Origin: Bacteriovoracaceae bacterium
GTDB lineage: Bacteria > Bdellovibrionota > Bacteriovoracia > Bacteriovoracales > Bacteriovoracaceae
DNA: 34,342 nucleotides
Direction of reading: 5' to 3'
Assembly (NCBI GenBank): GCA_041586955.1
Contig: JBFGZE010000023.1
Span: 1 to 34,342, forward strand
Each line of letters starts with the position of its first letter. The first letter of the stretch is position 1. The notes beneath the pieces are model-generated. The model was not told where the DNA came from. It did no database searches and saw only the letters and a list, made by a program, of their open reading frames with translations. Shown here in pieces: positions 26,358 through 34,342 of the stretch. Position numbers and translations under genes: made by a program.

Positions 26358-27076
26358 AACTAAGCCGCATCTTATTCCTGTTTTGGCAGCATTATAAATT
26401 CTTTGGACCTTTTGTTTTTGGTTTTGCCATTTTTCGCAGTCTATTGCTGTTTTATGCGCCGGAGTTTCATCAAGGATTTTTTATCCTTGATATTATTATG
26501 TATTGGCTCATTTGCGCCTCAACTATTGCCCGTTATCGCGAAGATAAAGATAGAGGGGATCGTATTATTCACATCCTGCGCAGCTCTCTTTTTCCGTTAT
26601 TATTTTTATGGCCCTTAGTCCCGGCAATCGTCGGCACTTTATTGGTTCTTTTCTCGACACCATTTTATTTTGCCCCCATTCATCACTTTGCGAATTTTGA
26701 TGAATGGAGCCGCTTTCTTCTTATTGAGCAACCTTATGCCTCTCATCTCTGGGGCCACTTTACGCTACTTGGCACTTTCTTCGTTCTCGATAAGCATATG
26801 ACTGCCACGCGCGCTATTTGGCAGATGGTTAAATGGGTTAAAGAGTTTCCCCTTGCGGGGATATTACTCTTTCTTTTATTTGTCACATTTGCCACTTTGG
26901 GCACTCATCTTTTGGAATTAGCACATCTGCAAGAATTTTTAGTAAACTCTGTGGGGCTGGATAGTGGCGCCCTTTTTCTCAACCAATTCTTGGCCTATTC
27001 TTCTCTTATTTTTTATGGGGCCACCTATTTTCATTCGCAAGAACTAATAGAAGAAAAAGAGAGTAGCGATGAATAA
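26354..27076 (+). CDS. Hypothetical polytopic membrane protein inside the aap operon
   Basis: About 6 hydrophobic segments; ATG 26354 overlaps the aapQ stop (ATGA) and its own stop overlaps the aapM start by 8 nt. Confidence 0.75.
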   Translation: MKLSRILFLFWQHYKFFGPFVFGFAIFRSLLLFYAPEFHQGFFILDIIMYWLICASTIARYREDKDRGDRIIHILRSSLFPLLFLWPLVPAIVGTLLVLFSTPFYFAPIHHFANFDEWSRFLLIEQPYASHLWGHFTLLGTFFVLDKHMTATRAIWQMVKWVKEFPLAGILLFLLFVTFATLGTHLLELAHLQEFLVNSVGLDSGALFLNQFLAYSSLIFYGATYFHSQELIEEKESSDE

Positions 27077-28106
27077 TTGGCGAATCTTTTTAAAAGGGCT
27101 TTTTAAAGATAAAAAAAATAGTGTTTTATCTTTGGTTCTTATTATTCTTTTGGCGCAATTGGCCTGGGGGCTTTTTCGCTGGTTGATCCTTGATGCCGTT
27201 TGGAGTGGTGATGCTGCCACCTGCCGTCAAGCGGAGGGGGCGTGCCTCATTTATCTTTACGAAAAAGCACGTTTTATTCTATTTGGCTTTTATCCTATTG
27301 CTGAAATTTGGCGAGCAATCCTGGGAGTTATGCTTTTAATGGCAAACCTCAAATTCTTGGCCAAACCTATTCGTTGGACTAAAAAGAATTTTCTTTTTTT
27401 CATTTGTCATATTATCGTCATACTGTTGCTATGGCGTGGGGGCGGAGGGATTTTACCCTATGTACCGATGGATAAGTGGGGTGGTATTTTATTAACCCTT
27501 CTCCTGGCAATTACCGGAGTGATTGTCTCCTATCCCGCAGGTATTCTCTTGGCCTTAGGGCGTCGCTCAGAATTGCCGTTAATTCGCACCCTGTGTACCA
27601 TTTTTATTGAATTGATTCGGGGAGTTCCCATGATCTCCTTGCTCTTTATGAGTTCGGTAATGATGCCCCTCTTTTTACCTAAAAGTTTTCAATTAGGGCA
27701 GATCAGCCGCGCCATTCTTGCCATTATTCTTTTTTCCTCTGCCTATATGGCCGAAGTGATTAGAGGTGGTCTCCAAGGTGTTCCAGTCGGGCAATATGAA
27801 GCGGCTAAGGCCCTCGGGCTGACTTATTGGCAAAGTATGCGCAAGATTATTTTACCTCAGGCCTTGCGATCAGTCGTACCACCTACCGTTAATACTGTGA
27901 TCGGCCTCTTTAAAGATACATCCTTAGTCGTGATTATTTCACTCTTTGATTTGATGATGACCACTAAGATGTCATTGAAAGATCCTGATTGGATGGGCTT
28001 TACCCTCGAAACCTATTTCTTTGCCGCAGTTATTTATTATTTTTGTTGTTCTAAGATGGCCAATTACGCCCATAAATTAGAAACCCGTTGGAGTTTAAAT
28101 GAGTGA
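27069..28106 (+). CDS. aapM: Amino acid ABC transporter permease (AapM/BztC-like)
   Basis: [56 protein letters not shown] and FKDTSLV. Confidence 0.9.
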   Translation: MNNWRIFLKGLFKDKKNSVLSLVLIILLAQLAWGLFRWLILDAVWSGDAATCRQAEGACLIYLYEKARFILFGFYPIAEIWRAILGVMLLMANLKFLAKPIRWTKKNFLFFICHIIVILLLWRGGGGILPYVPMDKWGGILLTLLLAITGVIVSYPAGILLALGRRSELPLIRTLCTIFIELIRGVPMISLLFMSSVMMPLFLPKSFQLGQISRAILAIILFSSAYMAEVIRGGLQGVPVGQYEAAKALGLTYWQSMRKIILPQALRSVVPPTVNTVIGLFKDTSLVVIISLFDLMMTTKMSLKDPDWMGFTLETYFFAAVIYYFCCSKMANYAHKLETRWSLNE

Positions 28107-28839
28107 ACCCATTATTAGCGTCAAGGCCCTTGAAAAATATTATGGCAATTTTCAGGCCCTAAAAAATATTGATTTGACTATTGCCAATGGCGAAATTGTG
28201 GTGATCTTAGGTCCTAGTGGCTCGGGAAAGTCGACACTTATTCGCTGCCTGAATGGCCTAGAGGAGCATCAAAAAGGTGAAATAAAAGTCGCCGGTATTC
28301 CCCTCGATAACCACCAAGAAAACTTACATCGGATTCGCAAAATGGCGGGAATGGTCTTTCAGCATTTTAATTTATTTCCTCATTTAACAATTATAGAAAA
28401 CTTAACCCTGGCGCCAGAAATTGTGCATGGGGTGAAAAGTAGTAAAGCGCGAGAATTGGCCTTATCTCTTTTAGAGCGGGTAAAAATTGGCGAGCAAGCG
28501 GATAAATACCCAGCGCAATTATCTGGTGGCCAAAAACAACGAGTGGCCATCGCTCGTGCTCTTTGCAACGAACCTAAAATTATGCTTTTTGATGAACCTA
28601 CATCAGCGCTTGATCCCGAAATGGTGGGAGAGGTTTTAGAAGTCATGAAGGATTTGGCGAAACAGGGGATGACTATGGTTTGCGTCACACATGAGATGGA
28701 CTTTGCGCGGCAAGTGGCCAATCGTATTGTCTTCATGGATGAAGGAGAGATTGTAGAGATGAATGATCCGGCCAGCTTCTTTGATAATCCTAAAGAGGAG
28801 CGCACCCGCCAATTCTTAGGACTTTTACGGCGAACATAA
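28099..28839 (+). CDS. aapP: Amino acid ABC transporter ATP-binding protein (AapP/GlnQ-like)
   Basis: [47 protein letters not shown] and VTHEM. Confidence 0.93.
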   Translation: MSEPIISVKALEKYYGNFQALKNIDLTIANGEIVVILGPSGSGKSTLIRCLNGLEEHQKGEIKVAGIPLDNHQENLHRIRKMAGMVFQHFNLFPHLTIIENLTLAPEIVHGVKSSKARELALSLLERVKIGEQADKYPAQLSGGQKQRVAIARALCNEPKIMLFDEPTSALDPEMVGEVLEVMKDLAKQGMTMVCVTHEMDFARQVANRIVFMDEGEIVEMNDPASFFDNPKEERTRQFLGLLRRT

Positions 28840-28924
28840 CTTTTTTCTAAAACCTAGTATTTTTCTCTTCCATTAAGTTTTGGAATGTGTATTATTGGGC
28901 ACGTTGAAAAAAAGGGGTGCACCG

Positions 28925-31900
28925 ATGAAAGTTGTCTTCGTTCTTTTTTCAGTTAGTCTATTTTTTTGCGGCCCCTCCCTCTTTGCTTTAGAAAAGCTTG
29001 ATAAGCGCCATATTCAAACTAAGCAGAGATTTATTCAAAAAAATTTCCAACGTGATAACCAATACGCCGCTGATAAATTGTATGCTTTTGTTGCTCACCT
29101 TGAAAAAGAGAAAATTTCTCTTAAAGAAGACCTTTATGAAACCCGACTCATCCGCGAGTTAGAACAAGATATTTCTGGTCTCAAGGAAGCGAAACGCGAT
29201 GCGCTCAAAGCGATTAAAGAAAAGAAAAATAGATTCCTTCTTGCCTATAATGAATTTATGATTCCGCGGGTTAAACAGGCCGCTGTTCTGGCCGAAGAGG
29301 GATATGGTCCCGAGACGATCCAACCATTGATTGATGAATTCCTTGAGGTTTATGCGGGTTTTTATCTCCCCAATGCTCCCCGTCGGGTCTGGGATTTGGA
29401 CCAAAGTCCGGTTGCCCTTTTTAAATCTTTTTGGGGTTATCATTATCGGCGTGATGATCGAAATGCGGTTGAGGCCTCCAATTTAACTGTTGGAGACCAT
29501 GTCTCTGCGGTTTCGGATTGCCTGGGACAATCTTTTAGTAAAAATGACTTTTTATCTCAGAAAGAGATTAAAGAGCTTAAGCGTTGTCATTTTGACATCT
29601 CGCTTTTATCTCCTCCAAAAAATCCTTTGATGGGTCTAGAGCGGGATGAATTTTTAGCTGAGGCCCGTAATCGCCATATGGATAGGTTTCCCTCCAAAGA
29701 GGATAAGATTACCTTTCGGAAGATCAAACATTCAGGTTCCGGCTCAGCTAAATTAATCGCGACCTATAAGCGTGATGGTAAGAAGGTTAGAATAAAGATT
29801 AAATTTGGGCGCGAAGTACATAGCGAGATTGCCGTGAGCATCCTTGGAAAATTAATCGGCCTGCATCAGGATAATCAAATCCATCGCCATGATATTAAAA
29901 TGTATTTGGGAAAATATGATTTTGACGGATTCGTTCAGCAGTGGCGTCGGAAATATGAAGGCCTTAACGAAGAAGTGGAAACTTTCTTGAAAGACCGTGG
30001 GAAAGATGATGGAGGAGAATATGTTATTTTTAAAAATGGCTCCATCGAAATTAATGACCAAGATGATTTACGTTTAGAGGGGTATAACCCCGCAGGCTGG
30101 GATCTCGAGAATAAGCGAGAACATCGGGCACAGGTGCTCTGGTATTCTTTGGTGAATATGCTCGATACAAAAACGGGGAATCATCGCATCATTCTTAAAA
30201 AGACCAAAAAGGGTTTACAGGCCGCTTATTCTCTCCAGGATGTGGGTATTTCTTTGATTGCCTCACCTAATTTGCGTTACCCCTTGAAAACAATTAAGGG
30301 ATCTCTTGGCTATTCAGTTAATTGGTTTTCAAAAAGTTCAATTGATTGGAATGACCGTCGGATTCATATTTGGTGGAGTGAAGTCTTAATGGACAAGGAG
30401 CGTTTCCGTACCACGACCTACGCCGATCTCAAGTGGATGGCACGGCGAATTGCTGCTATTGATTATGATGATATCGTTTTTGCTTTTAAAGAATCGGGAT
30501 ACCCTGAACCTGTCGCGGACCTCTATGTGCATAAGATCGTTCATCGTCGCAATGATCTGGTCAAGGCCTTTCGCCTAGAAAAAGAATTTGACCTTTACTA
30601 CGTCCCCAATTTTAAAACCTATTCGCCGAATAAACATATTAAAAATGGTAAATTGGTGACGAAATCGTTTAAGGGGTTTTCACAATATCATGGGACTCAA
30701 TTATCCTTCGCGCCGGCGATTATCGATACTTTCACTCGCCTAATTCCCATTCAGTGGATTAGAGAAAATTTTCAATTAAAAGTGAAAAGTAGCATCGATT
30801 TGCATAGTCGTGAGAATATTGTGCTATGGGATGGCCATCGTGGAAAAAATATCATATTTCGTCGTTTGAATGGAGGAGTTGCTCTTGATATTAAACGACG
30901 GGTGGAGCGCAATAATGCTTTTCACGTGCGAGACGATGGTAAAACGGATGCTTTTATTGTACGTGATATTTTGACGATTCAATTTAGTCTCCATTCTGGT
31001 CTCATTACGACGATAGGGGATCATTTACCCCTTCACGTCGGCGCTCATTTGCGGGCCTATCGAAAAGAAATTGAATTTACGCATTTTGCCAGCTCGTGGA
31101 TGGGTGGCTATCTCAAACCATTACAATTAAATAAGATTTTGCGGGCGTTCCGCAAAGACGTTCTCTTTTCCCTGGGGCCTGGGGAGGTCATGCGCCTGCA
31201 AGATTATTATGGCATGAGTCTTAGTTCGCGCTTGTCCTTCCCCCAGGTTTCAGAGCCTTTACGTGTCACCGCCGGTGTTTCATGGCAGCGCTCGAAGCCC
31301 GTTTTTTTTGGCCGCGATTATATGGATGGGGTTTTTATTTATAGAGAAAAAAATGATAATTATCGTTTTTCTTTTGGTCTGGAGTTTGGTCTGGTTGATC
31401 TCTATTTAATCGATTTTCCCATCATTGGGCTTCATTACAAAGTGGTTCAATATAAATATGAAAGCTCTCTTTATCGTTTTCATTTGCGTCGCCAGCATGA
31501 ATTTGAAACCGTGCCTGAACAGGTGAGGCGAAAGAGTGAAGACCAGGTATTGGGGCGTTTTCTCGCGGGAGATGACGAATCTCCTTCTATATTGGGGCGA
31601 CGACAATTCGCCGTCGATGGCCAGGCGCGAGTCCATCATAAGAGATTATCTCTGCTGAACTTTCTGCGTAAGGAAAAGAAAATTGGTCACGCCTCTTTTA
31701 AGATTATCGACAAGAATGGCAAGGTCGATCATTTTTATCGTTCCTGGTATTTTAAAGGCAAACTTTTTGGTGATGATGATGATTTTGTTTATCTCAATTC
31801 TCCTTTGGCAGTGGTCGCTGAGGATCAGACCACCTATTCGGTAGAACTAAAAAATGAAGATTATAAAAAGTCCTTGATTGTGGTGAGACGGGGGATTTTT

Positions 31901-32584
31901 AAAAGGAAAATGAAAAAGAAAAAGCTGCAAAAGCATATTGGGAAAATGAACGAGCTTTATTCACAGGGACGTCATAAGAAATTTTTTAGAAATTATATAC
32001 TTCCTTCATCGAGCGATGTTCCCTTTTATCGCAAAGTTTATACGGATATCCGAATATTTATCGATCCCAATAAAGTGCTTGAAGGCCTGGCCAAGGCCAA
32101 ACGGAAAGGTGAGGATTACTATAAAAAGGTGGTTAAGGATGTCTTCCGTGGCAAGCGGCGCGATAACTACGTGACAATACCTTTAATCGGTTTAAGGCCA
32201 GTAAAAAAACGACTCACTCGATTATTGACTGAAGATTTAGGTCCGAAGAAATATACAGAAACATGGATTAAGGTCTTGCGAAAAATGAAGTGGGATAGAA
32301 ATACTCTGCGCTATATGAAGAGGTATTTTGGCGAGGATAGTTTCTTTATCTATGGGGAGATCCATGGGATTTATCCTAGTTTTACTCCTTTGCAACAAGA
32401 TGATGCGACGACAGCTCGCCGTTTTACGGGGAAGAGTTGGGGGGAATTGGATCATTCTCCACCTTTTTGGAAATTTCTTAAGGCCCATCATCTAGCACCT
32501 CTGCGCGTTTTCGTCACTAACTCCGCTTTTGTTCATTCAATGCTCGGAGATCTTCCTGCTGCTGCGGGGATTGATTATTATTAG
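28925..32584 (+). CDS. Large secreted hypothetical protein with a putative atypical kinase-like domain
   Basis: Likely start ATG 28925 giving signal peptide MKVVFVLFSVSLFFCGPSLFA. Ordered motifs SGSGSAK, KIKFG..E, LDTKTGN and LQDVG; the C-terminal half is beta-rich. Confidence 0.75.
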   Translation: MKVVFVLFSVSLFFCGPSLFALEKLDKRHIQTKQRFIQKNFQRDNQYAADKLYAFVAHLEKEKISLKEDLYETRLIRELEQDISGLKEAKRDALKAIKEKKNRFLLAYNEFMIPRVKQAAVLAEEGYGPETIQPLIDEFLEVYAGFYLPNAPRRVWDLDQSPVALFKSFWGYHYRRDDRNAVEASNLTVGDHVSAVSDCLGQSFSKNDFLSQKEIKELKRCHFDISLLSPPKNPLMGLERDEFLAEARNRHMDRFPSKEDKITFRKIKHSGSGSAKLIATYKRDGKKVRIKIKFGREVHSEIAVSILGKLIGLHQDNQIHRHDIKMYLGKYDFDGFVQQWRRKYEGLNEEVETFLKDRGKDDGGEYVIFKNGSIEINDQDDLRLEGYNPAGWDLENKREHRAQVLWYSLVNMLDTKTGNHRIILKKTKKGLQAAYSLQDVGISLIASPNLRYPLKTIKGSLGYSVNWFSKSSIDWNDRRIHIWWSEVLMDKERFRTTTYADLKWMARRIAAIDYDDIVFAFKESGYPEPVADLYVHKIVHRRNDLVKAFRLEKEFDLYYVPNFKTYSPNKHIKNGKLVTKSFKGFSQYHGTQLSFAPAIIDTFTRLIPIQWIRENFQLKVKSSIDLHSRENIVLWDGHRGKNIIFRRLNGGVALDIKRRVERNNAFHVRDDGKTDAFIVRDILTIQFSLHSGLITTIGDHLPLHVGAHLRAYRKEIEFTHFASSWMGGYLKPLQLNKILRAFRKDVLFSLGPGEVMRLQDYYGMSLSSRLSFPQVSEPLRVTAGVSWQRSKPVFFGRDYMDGVFIYREKNDNYRFSFGLEFGLVDLYLIDFPIIGLHYKVVQYKYESSLYRFHLRRQHEFETVPEQVRRKSEDQVLGRFLAGDDESPSILGRRQFAVDGQARVHHKRLSLLNFLRKEKKIGHASFKIIDKNGKVDHFYRSWYFKGKLFGDDDDFVYLNSPLAVVAEDQTTYSVELKNEDYKKSLIVVRRGIFKRKMKKKKLQKHIGKMNELYSQGRHKKFFRNYILPSSSDVPFYRKVYTDIRIFIDPNKVLEGLAKAKRKGEDYYKKVVKDVFRGKRRDNYVTIPLIGLRPVKKRLTRLLTEDLGPKKYTETWIKVLRKMKWDRNTLRYMKRYFGEDSFFIYGEIHGIYPSFTPLQQDDATTARRFTGKSWGELDHSPPFWKFLKAHHLAPLRVFVTNSAFVHSMLGDLPAAAGIDYY

Positions 32585-32747
32585 AACTGTCATTATTTGG
32601 TCCACCTTTGAGTTTGGCAGGTGGGTAGACGGGCAAATTAGGAATAGTTAAGTTTGAGGGTGAAAAATTGACCCGGATTGCGCGTCGTGCCTGGTCGGTA
32701 GTAGAGGGATCAGATAGCGTTGGGGCAAATTTTTTGGAGTGTTAATT

Positions 32748-33917
32748 ATGTTCTCACAAGTAAAAAAGTATTGTCTCTTGTTAATCCTTCCTCTTTTGAT
32801 TTCGACGCCAACAATCGCAGCAAAGCTTAGAGGTCTTGAACGGTTAATGGATGCAATTAGTGTTGGGACTCCAGAAACATTAAGCGATCGTGAATTTGTC
32901 TTGGAAGTGGATGCTTCCGGTGATTATGAACTATCTCTGATTCCCTCCGAACCTTTTGCCATTGAAAAGTTGGCCAGTAATATTTTTAAAGTAACGATTG
33001 TTGACGCCTTCGGTCTGATTGAGAACGTTGGAAGCTCTACCCATCCTTTTTATGTCCCTCTTCATGATCGTATAGGTCTTGAACTACGCCAGGGCGGAGA
33101 TATTGTTTGGCGTCCTCGTGGTACAGGTGCTGCAGAATGTGAGATTTCATTAACCTTTAAACGAGGGGGTCAGCGAATTCTTTTTGACAAGTTGCAAAAA
33201 CGCTTCCGCTTTGATTTTGAGTATGATGAGGAAGTCCTTCGTTTTGAGCGAATAGAGGGAGAGTATGCCTATTTTAGACGGTTAGAGTCTGGGGTGACTG
33301 AAGTGACTCTTGTCATGACTGATAGAACCACCGGGGGTGAATTAGAAATCACCGTGGAGAGCATACCTGAATGCCGTGATCCAAATATGGATCCAATACC
33401 AACTCCCACTCCCACTCCAATTCCGACCTATTGGAGTGAATGGACTCCTTGGTCCGCTTGTTCGGTAGAATGTGGAGGCGGTTCACAGAAGCGTAGTCGT
33501 TATTGCCTTGCAGATGATGGCCCATCTGCTGGGGAGCACCTTTGTAAAGCGCGTAATGGCGATATGGTAAGTAATGAAGTGGATGAGCGTTCCTGCCATG
33601 ATTTCGACTGCCCAACTCCCTTTGATTTTTTAACCGTTCGCAAATTAAAGCATAATCCTACCGACGGCTGGTGGGGCTGTATTGGTGTAAAGTATATTTA
33701 CCGTGTGAAAAACAATTCCCCTGATCAAGGCATAAAGTGCTCAACCATCGTTTGGGGAAATGGTTCTAATGCCTCCTCACAAGAGCATAGCTTTACACTA
33801 TATCCTGGTGAAAAGAAAAACTTAGAGGGGAAAGTCTGTGGCCGTAGTTGTACTGAGGCCACCGATCTTGATTTTGAATGTTCGTTTTTTGAACCTATTC
33901 AAGGGGAAGGTGAGTAG
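32748..33917 (+). CDS. Secreted protein with Pro/Thr linker and thrombospondin type-1 repeat
   Basis: ATG 32748 after GGAG; signal peptide; beta-rich N-terminal part; PIPTPTPTPIPT linker; WSEWTPWSACSVECGGGSQKRSRYC...ERSC..DCP; Cys-rich C-terminal domain. Confidence 0.85.
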   Translation: MFSQVKKYCLLLILPLLISTPTIAAKLRGLERLMDAISVGTPETLSDREFVLEVDASGDYELSLIPSEPFAIEKLASNIFKVTIVDAFGLIENVGSSTHPFYVPLHDRIGLELRQGGDIVWRPRGTGAAECEISLTFKRGGQRILFDKLQKRFRFDFEYDEEVLRFERIEGEYAYFRRLESGVTEVTLVMTDRTTGGELEITVESIPECRDPNMDPIPTPTPTPIPTYWSEWTPWSACSVECGGGSQKRSRYCLADDGPSAGEHLCKARNGDMVSNEVDERSCHDFDCPTPFDFLTVRKLKHNPTDGWWGCIGVKYIYRVKNNSPDQGIKCSTIVWGNGSNASSQEHSFTLYPGEKKNLEGKVCGRSCTEATDLDFECSFFEPIQGEGE

Positions 33918-33993
33918 GCAATACAAGTTTTGTCATACCTTTTTTTACCTGGTATTTTTCAAAAGAGAAACGGTCTCCCGGTCTAACTACAAA

Positions 33994-34341
33994 TTAACGA
34001 CAAATTTTAGCATTAGGCCGTAACTCACATAAAACTTCCTGCATGAGTTCAACTTGCTTTTTAAGTTCAAGATTGCTTGACTTTATTTTCTTATTCTCAT
34101 CTCTTATTTCTGCATTCTCAGATCTTATTTCTGTATTCTCCGTCTTTAATGAGGCGATCGTCCGCTGTTGCTCTTTTGTCGCCTCTATTAAAGGAGCGAC
34201 AAGTTTTGCGTAGGCGACTGACTTAAATCCATCTTTATCTTCAACCACCGCCTCCGGAAAGACGGCCTCTATATTTTGTGCAATCACCCCAACATCTCGA
34301 GTTTCTACAAAATTCATTTCAGGGAATTCTTCATTTTTCCA
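33994..34341 (-). CDS. 3' end of a fibre/adhesin gene with a peptidase S74 (intramolecular chaperone) domain and coiled coil; truncated by the window edge
   Basis: Frame is open to the edge: WKNEEFPEMNF..DVGVIAQNIEAVFPEAV...KSVAYAKLVAPLIEATKEQ, matching the S74 GxIAQE..P..V.Y..L..LIEA pattern. Confidence 0.88.
   Translation of the reverse strand, partial: WKNEEFPEMNFVETRDVGVIAQNIEAVFPEAVVEDKDGFKSVAYAKLVAPLIEATKEQQRTIASLKTENTEIRSENAEIRDENKKIKSSNLELKKQVELMQEVLCELRPNAKICR
34082..34140 (-). repeat. 21-nt tandem repeat encoding coiled-coil heptads
   Basis: TCTTATTTCTGYATTCTC at 34102-34119 and 34123-34140, plus a degenerate copy at 34082-34098; encodes ENTEIRS/ENAEIRD/ENKKIKS. Confidence 0.75.
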
Positions 34342-34342
34342 G

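Overview
Bacterial chromosomal window. The gene mix suggests a Bdellovibrionota-like predator (S74-chaperoned fibre gene, Lys-rich H1-like protein, TrmFO, many orphan secreted proteins); this is inference only. It has three parts. (1) About 1-12.2 kb is a visibly more AT-rich stress module: two convergent MscS channels, a RimK ATP-grasp ligase coupled to an M14 (AstE/AspA-type) peptidase, Hsp20, a DksA/TraR-like protein, a tandem USP, a Crp/Fnr regulator and several orphans. These surround an NtrC-type sigma-54 activator with a degenerate receiver domain. Four near-perfect sigma-54 (-24/-12) promoters flank the activator and share helically phased upstream GTTC motifs, and two drive long structured leaders. 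(2) About 12.2-28.8 kb is housekeeping and transport: APC permease-USP fusion, H1-like protein, nadE, trmFO, DMT, UDP-glucuronate decarboxylase, a GT4-like protein, and an aapJ/aapQMP ABC system interrupted by an MMPL gene and an orphan membrane gene. (3) About 28.9-34.3 kb encodes secreted or surface proteins: a ~1200 aa protein with an atypical kinase-like motif set, a thrombospondin type-1 repeat protein, and the 3' end of an S74 fibre gene. The best candidates for undescribed biology are a self-contained sigma-54 stress regulon, possible RimK/M14 reversible glutamylation of Glu-Glu-tailed MscS channels, a secreted kinase-fold protein, and candidate small RNAs. No CRISPR array, rRNA, tRNA, integrase or transposase was recognised.
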